This document shows positions 14,331 to 28,149 of a DNA stretch of 64,000 bases, piece after piece. The notes below the pieces were generated by a model. The model was not told the origin of the DNA. It searched no databases and was given only the letters and a program-made list of their open reading frames with translations. Numbering within the stretch: the stretch's first letter is position 1; every line of letters begins with the position of its first letter. The DNA lies in NCBI RefSeq assembly GCF_009914755.1, contig NC_060932.1. One strand, given 5' to 3'. The DNA is from the human T2T-CHM13v2.0 reference genome, Homo sapiens. The translations under genes and the position numbers were made by a program.

Positions 14331-15737
14331 TGCAAATTAAAATAAGATACCATTGTCGATTAACTTGGAAGTGTGTGTGCATATGTGTACACCATAAAGA
14401 GATAGAAGATGAATAAGAATGAATACTCTAATCTGTTGAGGGTATAGTGAATCTCACACTCTAATATATTAATACATTGCAGATAGCGTTAGACTTTCAC
14501 ACTGATATAGTGTTTGTAAGGAAGTGTAGTCATGGTAATGAAAAATACCAGTTTGTCAAGATTGATGCAAAATGATGGGACTAACAGGCATTTTGTTTAA
14601 AAGATTTTTTCCAGAATATTTGTAATGGGAAAATTACATATAGTTAGAATTCTACATTTTTCAAGATGTGATTGTGTAGAAATTATATGTTACATTGATT
14701 TTTTTTAGTATTAAACATGACTGTGTACCCTGAAATCTGTAGCACAGTGGTTCTCAATATTTAGAAAAATGACGTATATATATTTGCCTAATTCTGAAGG
14801 AATATAGTAATTGTATGATAACTAGAAGTGTACTACAAAAAGGAATTCAGTTAAACCAAGTTAAGAGTGTGCATTCTTGTGTTTTGCTTGGTTTTTGAAG
14901 GCACTTGTAACTTACCTAGTCCTTTGTTACTTAAATAAGAACTATTCCTCTGTGAGGAATTTTCATTTGTGATCAGGCTATTAAATGAGTTTCGTATTAC
15001 CTTGAAGATGGGAAGCATGGGAAATAGGAGTACCAGACTCAGGAGTCTCATTCCTTTCAGCATCCGTGAAACTGGGGCTGGCTTCTTTGATTATTTAAAA
15101 GTAAAGTGAAATCTTTGACCTTTTACAGTTACTTACTGTTTTCATAGATACATATTTGGTATAAATGGGATTTTTAAATGAGAAAAACAGTAAGATTATT
15201 GTAGAAATTCAAAGAGTATTAAAAGATTGTGTGTGGTGTGTGTCTGTGTGTGAGTGTGTGTTGTGCATGTGTGTAATGAGAAAAGCATAAAATACTGAGG
15301 TAACTCATATGTAAGTAACTTTCTTAGACCAGTTCTCTTCTGCCCTCATTAGTGGATTACCCTGCTTGATTTCCACTCTTTCCATAGAGGGTCACAGTCT
15401 CTAAATACTTAAAAAATAAATATTTATATAGTTTTTATCTTATTATTTTAAAATGTTTTCAAGGCTCAAAAGAATTTATATAGTAAGTTGGTTCATTGTG
15501 TGTATTGGTAAATACTGGAGACTTTAAAACTTATTAAATATATAACAGTTTTCTGTAAGGCAAAAACTATTAAATGGTGCTTAACATGGAAAATAACCTC
15601 ACTTCGCTTCTCAAAATTGAAACTAAGAACAATTAGGAGAAGTCCTTCTATGTCACTTTCTACTGTTTTGGGTATATTGATGAGGCAGAGAGATAAGTTA
15701 TCATTTTCAGTTTAATAAGGTTATTTTACTTTGGAAA

Positions 15738-15950
15738 TATATATCTATAAAATACACATAAATATATGTAAAAAATATATATATATATAAAGTATATTTC
15801 CAAAGTTATATATATATATTTAACTCAGACTGCAAATATATATATGGATTTATATATATAAATTATACATAAATATTATATATAGATAAATCTATATAGA
15901 TAAATCTATAGCTATATATTTTTATATATAAATCTATATATGTAAATCTA
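15738..15950. repeat. AT-rich (TA)n low-complexity tract with short tandem TATAGATAAATCTA units
   Basis: Visible in sequence. Confidence 0.8.
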
Positions 15951-16535
15951 ACTAAATGCAAGTAATTTGTTTGTTTTGAGGTTAAGATCAATTTCAGTTG
16001 ATGCCCTTTGGTTGTGGCAAAATTGGGTCTTTTAAAAAAAAAACACAGCCGAGTCATTAGCTGTGATTTTTCTTTTTCATACAGTTAGCATGCATGCATG
16101 TCTGAATGTTCTCTCTCTGCAGGTTACTATGCTCTTTGGCCAGCTTACTTTCCTTCCCTTCCTCCCTTCCATTTCTTTCCATTTATCTTTTTTCCTGTTC
16201 AAGTGGGTGCAAAGCACTGCAACAAGTCTTTTACCTTAACTCAGGATAAGATGTCTGCCTTCCCTTCTCTCTTCTTGATGTATATGCACCCAGTCTCTGT
16301 GAGCCACTTTTCCTTTTTCACCTGAGAGGAGAGGGGAAAGAGATTACTTTTCTCTCTGATTTCTAGAGTAGAGCTTGGTTAAATGGCACATTTCAAGCCT
16401 CCCTCTCCTGACCGCTTATACTTGCTTGGTTTTAAAATGGCAGGCAGTTTCTTTGTCTTGTAGGAATACAGTGTTGTAGAGTTGTTAACTTCTCAGGCTT
16501 GTTCAAGTAAAATGAATGTTCTAAAGATAAGAGCC

Positions 16536-16685
16536 TTTTTTTTTCCTTCCTTTCTTTCTTTTTTTTTAGAGACAGTGTCTTACTGTGTTGCCTAAGCTTA
16601 TCTTGAACTCCTTGGGCTCAAGTGATCCTCCCACCTTGGTCTCCCAAAGTGCTAGGATTACAGGTGTGAGCCACCATTCCCAGCC
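16536..16685 (-). mobile_element. FLAM (free left Alu monomer) with TSD
   Basis: Single-arm Alu; ATAAGAGCCTT repeated at 16527-16537 and 16687-16697. Confidence 0.88.
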
Positions 16686-17326
16686 TATAAGAGCCTTCTA
16701 TACAGAAGCTACAGTGCTGTCTCCTCCCAAACCTCCCTAGGAACAGAATATTACTAATAGCCCAGTTCCACCTGTGCTGTCTACCAGTCACTGTGCCTCC
16801 CAGACTAGCCACCATAATGACTTTTAGCACAGTACATCAGTTTTTCCTATTTTTGACTTTAAGTAGAATCATACAACACTCTTTTGTGTATAGTTGCAGC
16901 TTTGTGTTTGTGGGGGTGGTTGTGAGGTTGTAGTTTTTGTTGTTGTTTTGTTTTCCTTTTGCTGTGATGTTTGGCTAGACTAGAGTAGAGCAGTTATTAT
17001 TTTTACTGGGCTTCCCCTTTCTTTGTCCTTTGGATAGCAAGAGCTTACTTTTCTTGAGCCTTCTTTTTTTTTATGTCAACCCCCATTGGCATTCTTGGAT
17101 TGCTGACTTCTCTAGCAACTGGTCTGGGATATATAAGGCCAAGAGAAAACCCAACATTATAAAAATATATGTCCTTTCTATCTTTCTAGGAGCAGAAATA
17201 TGGTCTTTTATCTTTTCTATAAACTTGGATATCATTAGGAAAAAGAAAATAAAACATTTTATGCATTTATATGAAATTCAAACAAAAGGACTTTGACTCT
17301 TTGTAAATGTTAATTTCTGTGTTTAA

Positions 17327-17503
<177 letters not shown>

Positions 17504-18019
17504 TAATTTATGTAATTAAAAAATATTAAAAACTATTATTCTTGGTTTACATATATATTTTTATGTTCATTTTAAGATAAATATATGTAAGATAAACAGT
17601 TGTTTAATAGTCAAATATAACTGTGCATTTAAAAATAAGCTGAAAAATCAGTGTATTTTAGAAATATAGGCTAATATTCTTTTATTGGGGGCATGTAAAA
17701 TATTCATTGACCAGTTGCACATATAATCATAAAACCGTTTTATCATCTTGATATCCTGCAGATTGCCTTGTAGGTCACTCAGTTATAGCTATGGTTAATG
17801 AAGTAGCCCCCTTAAATATAATCAATTTTTAATTTTTAATAGAGAGGACTCACTTTTATCTAGTGTAGCCCATTTAATTTTTGATACCGCCAATGATTAG
17901 AAATTTCTGTGCTGTAGAAGTAAACAGTTTTAAATGAATGAAATGTTTGTCTGGAGGAATAAATTAAAGAAAACTTTGGACAAGTATAAATACTTGTCCA
18001 AAAGTATACAACAAACACT

Positions 18020-19730
18020 TTTTTAAATTGAAATTTTTATTTTGAAATAATTGTAGGTACACATCTTTTACCCAGTTTCCTCCAGTGGTAACCTGTTGTA
18101 AAACTATAGTACAAATTCACAAGTAGGGTACTGGCATCGATACAGACAAATGTGGAACAGCTCTATTACTGCAGGGACACTTCTTGCCCTTTAAAGTCAC
18201 CCGCACTCTCCATTGTACTTCTTACCTGTCGAACTTGACCTCTGACCTCTGGCAATCACTAGTCTGTTCTCCATTTCTATAATTTTGTCATTTCAAGAAT
18301 CTTAGGTAAATGGAATTGTATGGTACGTGACCTTTTGGGTTTGGCTTTTAAAAATCAGCCGTAATTCCCTAAAAAAATACGTCCAAGTTGTTATATTTAT
18401 CAATAATTATTTTTTTAAATTACTGAATAATGTTCCATTATATGGATGTACTGCTGTTTATTTAACCATTTATTTGTTAAAGGAATCGGGGTCGTTTCTA
18501 GGTTTTGGCTATTGCAAATAAATGTGGTATGAGCATTTTTCTGCAGGTTTTTATGTGAACTTACCGTTTTTCTGGGAAGAATGCCACAGAGTGTGGTGGT
18601 TAGGTTGTGTGGTAGTTTCTATTTAGTTATATAAGAAACAGCCAAAATGTTTTCTAGAATGGCTGTATCATTTCACATTCCAGCCATCAGTGTGTTTAGT
18701 TGCTGCTTATCCTTACCAGCATTTGCTGTTGTGACTATTTTATTTTAGCCATTCTGATAGATACTGTAGTAATACCTCATTGTGATTTAATTTTGCATTT
18801 CCCTGTGACTAATTGTGTTGAACATCTTTTCATGTGCTTATTCGTCATCTATGTATCATCTTTAATGAAGTATCTGTTCATAGTCTTCTGCCCCTTTCTA
18901 ATTGGATTCTTTAAATGAGTTTTGAGGGTTCTTCATATATTTAGATACTAGTCCTTCGTCAGATACTTGGTTTTCAAATATTTTCTCCCAGTTTGTGACT
19001 TGTATTTTCCTCCTCATTACAGGTCTTTTGCAGGTTTTAATTTTGATGAAGTTCAGTTTATTAGCTTATCCATTTAAAATTATTTCTTTTGTTGTCAAAT
19101 TAAAGAACTCTTTCCTTAGCCCTAGATCCCAAAGATCTTCTCCTGTTTTTTTTTCTGAAAATTTTCTAGTTTGATGTTTTACAGTTTGATCTGCTCTTTG
19201 AAAGAAAGCACTCAATCTGTCATCAAGTATGATATTAGCTGTAGGTTTTTTATAGGTGGTATTTATCAAGTTGAGGAAGTTGCTCTATATTCCTAGTTTG
19301 CTGACAGTTTTTATCATGAATGAGGTGCTGCATTAAAAAAATTTTTTTTGTTGTCACTTTATGTAGTTTTTCTTGCCTATGGATATAATCAGTTACATTG
19401 ATTGATTTTCAAATGTTGAACTGGTCTTGCATACAGGAATGGATACTATTTAATTGTGTCATATTATTTTATTATGTGTTGCTGGATTCAGTTTGCTAAT
19501 TTTTTTTTGAAGAAGTTTGATCTAAGTTAATGATAGACACTGGTCTGTAGTTTTTATTGTTTATAGTGTCTTTGTTTAGTTTTGGTATCAGGGTAATATT
19601 GTACTCATAAAATGAGTTGGGGAATGTTACCTATTTTAATTTTTGGGAAATATTGTATAAAATTAGTGTTAACTCTTCTTTAAGTGTTTGGTAGCATTTT
19701 CCAGTAAAATCATCTGGGTCTGGAGATATC
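18020..19730 (-). mobile_element. Old L1 (L1MC/L1MD-like), 3' UTR plus ORF2 remnants with an internal deletion
   Basis: Antisense L1 motifs: gttgaacatcttttcatgtgctta, gatattagctgtaggtttt, ttttggtatcagggtaat; ORF 19066-19269 KPTANIIL is ORF2-like. Confidence 0.85.
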
Positions 19731-20230
19731 TTCCAGAAACTTATAAATTACATGATCCATTTCCTCGATGGTTAAGCACAGCACAGTTTGTTTATATCTT
19801 CTTGGCTGAACACATGTTCAAGAGCAAACACATTTTGTACTATAACTGCATGTGCCAGCATTGTCCATGTTGTATATTCATTGTAGACTTGGTTTAGGCT
19901 TCTAAATCATTTTGAGCTGTAGTGGAGACTGAAGTTATTAGTAACTTGGGTCAATGTAAAAAATCAGTTTTACTCAGGTTAGGTGGTAGAAAGGGAATGA
20001 GAGTGTTCTAAAATTTCTAAGAAGCATCTTATCACAACCTAATAATGAGTGTATGTTGGGGCATGGTTAAAAGTGAGTAGAGAACATGGTGAGCAAAATA
20101 TTTTGAAAAACAGCACGTTAGGTGATTTTGAATTCTATTACTATCAAATTTGAGGACCAGTACTTGAGAGTGTATAAACACTATTGTCAGAATTGGGCTA
20201 GCACATAAGGATAGAGTATATATACCTTAA

Positions 20231-22261
20231 CGATGGCAGCAGCGGGCCATCCGAAGAGGCCACTGCTATAGTTCCAGCTGTGGCGAGGGAGGCTGGGTGG
20301 TAGTGGTGGGAGTGGTTGCAGGAGCAGCAGTGGCAGTGGGGAGACCCGTGTGCACCGTGCCCCCTGTGCCCTGTGTCCCCAAGGTAGCTGACTGTGCCAC
20401 CCCCACCCTCCTGAGCCTAGGCAGGACCCACTCCCAGGCCTGGAGCCTCTGCCACTCCAGACCCTGTCCCTGGTCACTGCTGTCACCTGCCACTTCTACG
20501 GGGAATAGGGAGAAGCCAGACAGTCCCTGAAGCTATGGGGGCCACTGCAATGGGGCCAGGCCAAGTCACCTGCTGGTGGGAGAGCAGGGCAGTCAGGTAT
20601 GGAGGGGTGGGCAGAGAGGGGACCCCAAGGCGGAACTGGGTCTGGGGCAGTGCTGTGCTCCATAGAGCCAGTGGGAGCGGGGAGCAGACAGTAGCCCTAC
20701 CCTGCCGAGCATGGTTGTAGCCTTCCAAGTCATGGCTGTGGACCAGTATATCCCTGTGCTCTTTGGGGCAGGAAGCAGGCAGCAACCTTGCCCTCCTGGG
20801 CGCAGCTGCAACTGTCCACCTGCGACTGCGGACTCAGGCATCTCCCTGCACTCTCAGTGGCCCAGGAAGGCCCCCCTTACCCCTGCAGGCTTGGAGATGT
20901 CTGCTTCCACTGCCTGGTCTCTCCCTGCTCTTGGTGGCTGCTCCAGTCTTGGAGCAAGGATTGGGCACTGTTGGAGCTTGGCCAGGTGTGTGCATGCTCA
21001 GGGTAGAGCTGACATGCCAGCCCCCTGCTGCCTCAGTCCCCTCTGGACTTTCGGCATAAACGAGCATGGGAGAGTGGCTGAGGGGGGCCCTGAGGGAAGT
21101 CTGGTTTTGGCCTGCAGGTGCCCCTTGGCAAGAACAACCTGGGCACCATGAATGGCTGCAGGAGGCAGACAGGCTCCAGGGTGGAAGGGTCCTGATGAAA
21201 CCCCACCTTCAAGCTTGGGAGGGCCTGAAGCCTGGGGGCTGGGCTGCCGGTCCCGTTGAACAGAGTGGGAAAGTGTGGTACTTTTTCCTACTCTCACCCA
21301 TGCACCAGTCAGCGCACACTATATCTGGCCCATAAAAACCTCAGACTCAGCCAGACTTGAGAAGAGGATGGAGAGATGATGAGACAAAGAGATGGCTAGC
21401 TGCAGAGAGAAGCTGCCCACCCCAGGGTCTCCTCTCTGCTGAGAGCTGAGGAGACAATGGTAGGACCAGATGCAGAGAGGTGCTGCTCTTTCTGCTGAGA
21501 GCTGAAGAGACTATAGGACAGCCTGCCTGGCAGAAAGGAGGTACCCTCCCTACTGAGAGCTGAAGACTTGTCAGGACATCCTGGCTATGGAGAGGAGCTG
21601 CCCACTGCAGGTTCCCTCTGAGCTGTTCTTTTGCTCACTAAAGCTCCTCTTTGTCTTACTCACCCTCCGGTTGTTTGTGTGCTTCTTTCTTCCTGGATGC
21701 TGGACAAGAACTTGGGACCTGCCAAATGGCAAGGCTAAAAGAGCTGTAATACAAAGAGGGCTGGAACATGCCCCTCGCTTGCCATGTTGTGGATGAAGAG
21801 AAGAAGAGAATAGCTGTGGCCCTTTGGGGAGCCCAGACCTGGGAGCTTCCTGAGCCAGGGCTGTGACTCCCTTTTTGGGGCCCTGTGGTTTCTGGTGTCT
21901 CCAAGCTTCCGGTGCCACTGCATTCCCCAGTGCTGGCCGGGGAAGCTGCTTGCAGTCCACCTGCAGCCTCACAGGGAGCTGGTGTCTCTTCCAGTTCCTG
22001 GAGCTGCACGCCCTGCTCTAGCCAGCATGCCTGGCTGTGTGCAGTGGCCAGACCCCATGCTCACTCACACACTTCTTGTTGCTCTGTTCCTGGTGTACCG
22101 TTGGCAGGCATGGGATCCTGGCCGGTAGCGGGAGCTGAGTGGAGACTGCCAGTCTGAGTGGACAAAACGAATCCAGTGGGCCAGAGTGAACCTCAGGCAA
22201 AGGTGCCACTGGCCACAGAGGTTTCCATCTGGCGAAGCGACACCCCAAGGATCCCGTAACA
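20231..22261 (+). mobile_element. MER52-family ERV1 solo LTR (~2.0 kb)
   Basis: Abrupt GC-rich block from (c)gatggcagcagcgggcc to ggatcccgtaaca; 4-bp TSD TTAA at 20227-20230 and 22262-22265; internal gctgagagctga repeats around 21400-21620. Confidence 0.88.
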
Positions 22262-24659
22262 TTAAGGGATGCTATAAAGCCCTACTCAGACAAAATACCT
22301 TAGTTGCCATTTTGGTATATCAGTTCGTTTTCCCCTAAAAATAAAACATTTCAGGCATTTAAAAAATACTGTAAATATTTTAAGAAAATCTTTTTTTGTT
22401 CCTAAAAACTGAATGTATTGATTTCCTAAAATCACTAGTATAGTGAAGAAATATTTAATCATTATATTTTTATAACAATCTAGAAATATTTTATTATCTA
22501 AGTATTTATTTCACTGTTACATATAATTATATGTACTGTAATAACATAAACCATAACATACTGTTAAATGGTGCATTCTTTGGATAGTATTTTACTTAAT
22601 GCATTTTGGTGTTAAATCATTTGTTAAATACAGACCCTTAATTTTTTAATGACATCTAGCCTATAACAACTTTTTTCATTTATTTGCTTTTTATTTGTTC
22701 ATTATAGCCTATTTGAAGAAACTTAGCATTTTAAAAGAGTTTTGGATTTATAAGAGAAAGAGATTGAAGTTCTTGGAAAATTTAATGGGTCAGTGTCGGG
22801 GTAGGATAGTTAGAGAAGAAAGAACAGGTTAAAGTTAAAATCTATTGTGCAAAGCAGTATAGAGAAAGGGAAGGTGAGGAGCAGGTTCATGACTTGTAGC
22901 TTTTGTATTTTATTCACTGAGAAGCAATGGAAATGGAAAGGCTTAACTAATTGGATAACCATGTAGCATTGAGGTACCGTTTTTGAAACTAGAATACCTA
23001 CCTTCTTAGTGAAGAGTCTGTAGAATTAAATGATGTTCTTTCCTAGTACTGAGCAATTTAGTAGCAAGAACCATGCTCCTTTGGAATGGTCCTGTTTTCT
23101 TCATGGTGTGAAGTGGATTAGGAGAATGAGTAGAAAGTGTGGGTGAGAGAATATGGGAAATATGTAGCTATGGTTGCAAAGTTGGATGAGGGTCAGAGGA
23201 AGCTAGGGAAAGTTGACAAACTGGTTGTGATACAGTTAAGCTAGATTTCCACAAGGGTGAAGAACAGGTTTTGTGTAGAAGTAGGATAGGGTTGAAAATT
23301 AGCAAGTTGTCATAAAGGGTTTATTTAATAAGTAACTTGCTGAAGTGTGATATACATGATTTTCGATGGTATAAAGAAGCTTGAACTGTGAGACTGTGGT
23401 AATATCTAGATTATAAAATTAGATGTTGATATTAGGATGGTATGGTAACTGAAGAGGAAAAAAGTGAGATTATAGAGGGATGCCTTGGAGTTTGTAGATG
23501 AGGATGAAAATTTATATTATAGGATGATATGAATTTCAAAGGGGCGTCTGTTAAGTAATTGTGGTAGAGAAGTGGTCTTGAGGTCTATTGTTATTGAGCC
23601 AGGAGAGCTCTGTAATCCATATGATAGTGGGCAGAGTGGACCAAAGAGATTTCAAGGTGACAACTAAGATGAAAAGGTGAAGAGGAGTTTCTACAAATAT
23701 TTTTCAAGAAAAATTATTCAAATTATATTTCTGAGTAATAAATGAAGCATCAGAGGGAGTTGTAGATGCACTGAGAAAGGGACCCTGTCATTTGCGGCCA
23801 TCTTGTTTTTTTTTTTTTTTTTTCACGTGAATTACTCCTCCTGGGTCCTTCTGTGTCAGTGTACTTTTGGACCACTTCTGTAACACTGCCGTAATCTTTA
23901 TAATTGTTTAGGATCTTTGAAAAGTTCATAGTTAGAATTTAAAAATCGTAGTACTTTCCTTTGTGAGACTTGCCTTTTTTCTTTTCTTTAAAAAAAAAAA
24001 AGCGAAATTTTCTTCTAGAGTTAACTTGCATTTAGATTCTTCAGTTGATTTTCCTTGCTTAAAGGCTGGTGAATGAGCTTTTGGCTTCCTTGTAAGCCCT
24101 TTTAGCAGATAATTCTGCTCTTCCTTCACACAGTCAGTTTATTCACAAATTTTGGAATTCAATTCTCACCTCCCTCAGTGCTAACATCAAACTCCTCGGC
24201 CAAATAAAGTTGTTAATTAAGACTACTCTATATAATTCTCACCTCCCTTAAGTGTTAGCTCCAAACTTTTTTTTAAATCAAATTATACTGTGGGGAATAT
24301 TCTTCATAATTGCTAACTCTTTTAGATGTATTCTCCTACAAAGTTACTCATCTCTTCCAGGGTTTATTACAAAATCTAAGTACGAAATATCCTCATGGAA
24401 GGATGTTACTATGGATCAGTAGATTTAAGAAGAAAATTCAGTTGAAGGGAAATAAAGAACTTATGTAGAACCAAGCAGGTTGCCTGTATAACCAAAGTTT
24501 TGGTGATGTGTTGGAGATTAATATATAATTGGACTCCGGTTAAATGAAGAATTGATAAATTACAAAATACTTTGAGAAGAATAAGTAACATTACATTGAT
24601 ACATTACATATTAACTAACATTTATTCTCTCCCAACAAAATAAAATTTTTGTTTATTAT

Positions 24660-24880
24660 GTGTAAACTATTGGGGTCGCTATGTTAAGTCCTTTATATAT
24701 ACAGTATATATATTATGTCATGTGATTCTCATTATTGTGAAAGTTAGATATGAACAAAACTCGTTTTATAAATGAGAATATTAAAGCTGAGAGGTTATAA
24801 TTTTTTCAAAGTCACACAGCTAGTAACTGTTCAGGGTTGCGATTTGTGACTCCAGAGCTATTAGAATTTAATGCTTTCCT
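24660..24880 (-). mobile_element. MIR SINE
   Basis: ttttataaatgagaatattaaagctgagagg...caaagtcacacagctagtaa...gactccagagc, the antisense MIR core. Confidence 0.65.
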
Positions 24881-25689
24881 GAAGTGCACATATTCATTAT
24901 TGTCTCTATTCTGTAAACTGTAATTGTGTCTTGCTTTTGTGTTCCTAACCAAGATTATTAGTGTCTTAGGGCAGTGATCCCTCCGCCAGCATATCCTAAA
25001 CTTGTATGATCATGAAAAGCTTTTATTCAGGAATGTGTCTCATAATGGGGACTGGTGAATTGAATACAGCTGGCTAAAATCACGTGGAAAAGAGCCTATC
25101 ACCCTTTTGTTTCCTTACAGAGAGGTCACACCTCTCATGGGTTTAGAGTGTGAAATTAACAAATAAGGTAAACTTGGGTCCCTTGTACATCACTTAAAGC
25201 ACTTGTAAGTATATTACTTTTTTGGGGTTTGGTACTACAACCCTTATCATTTCCTCTTACCTTTGATAATATTTCTTCATAGCCCTTAATTTTTAAGTTT
25301 CCTTAAATTTCTTGGCTACCTGAACAAGGTATTTCACCTCTTTGCAAGACTGGGGAACTGTCATGCCTTTTACATGTTCTTTTTCTGGTTTGGCTAACGT
25401 GAGACATTTTTCAGGCTTGAGTGAATCCATGACCAGTTTGGTATAAATGATGCCCTCAAGTTACTGCTGAGCTATGTAGTTTAATTTTCTTATTTTTTAC
25501 ATTGAAGGCATATGACGTAACTTTAGTGTGTTAACTTTCTTCCTAGGTGTCTCTTCCTCAGATAGGATAATCCCACCATTTTTACTGTTTACAGCAAACG
25601 TTCATTATATATGTGACATTGTAGCATTCCTTGAATTCTTTTCTATATTCTATAATTTTTCCTTTAAAGTCCAGCTATAGTCTCTTCAT

Positions 25690-27460
<1,771 letters not shown>

Positions 27461-27649
27461 CTCTTTGGCCTGAGACATTAATACAGGTATAGCAGGATCT
27501 GTCTTGGTCCACAAAGAAGTCGTCTAGGGTAGTTCTCTCATCCATAGCAACTCAGTGAGTTGAAGCTGATGTGAATGCCTCAGTGAGTTGAGGCTGAAGT
27601 GGTATTATTGATCACTTCGGTGAAAGTTAGTGATAAATTTCTTACCTCC

Positions 27650-28138
27650 TGTTATATGTGGAATTGTTTCTTTCCAAAAAGGTATTCTGCATTCTTAACC
27701 CCCAGGTAGCCCAGACTGTGGCCTCATTTGGAAATAGGATAGTTGTAGATGTAATTAGTTAAGATGAGGTGATACTCAGGCAGGGCAGGCCTTTAATCCA
27801 ATATGACCGATGCCATATCAGCAAAAGAGGGCAATTTTTTTACTAAATTCTATTTTATTGCATTGTTACAGACACACAGGGAGATTGCCTTTTGATGGCA
27901 GAGGTGGGGAAATGGAATAATTTAGCTGGAAGCCAGGGAATGTCAGGTATTGACAGCCATCATCAGAAGCTAGGAAGAGGCAAGGAAAGATTCTCCCCTT
28001 CAGTTTTAAGAGGGAGCATGGCCCTACTCATACCTTGATTTTAGACTTCTAGCCTCCAGAACTATGAGGTTTTTTTTGTTTTGTTTAAGCCATCCAGTTT
28101 GTGATACTTTGTTATGGCCACCCAGAGAAACTGATACA
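27650..28138 (+). mobile_element. MLT1B/MLT1C-like MaLR solo LTR
   Basis: tgttat...atttggaaatagg...gatgtaattagttaagatgagg...gacttctagcctccagaact...aaactgataca; near TSD CCTCC/CCACC. Confidence 0.88.
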
Positions 28139-28149
28139 CCACCTTTTAC

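Noticed and set aside
20187-22262. Cluster of many overlapping 60-146 aa ORFs
   Set aside because: All lie within a GC-rich LTR where stop codons are rare; both strands and all frames are open and no protein family is recognisable
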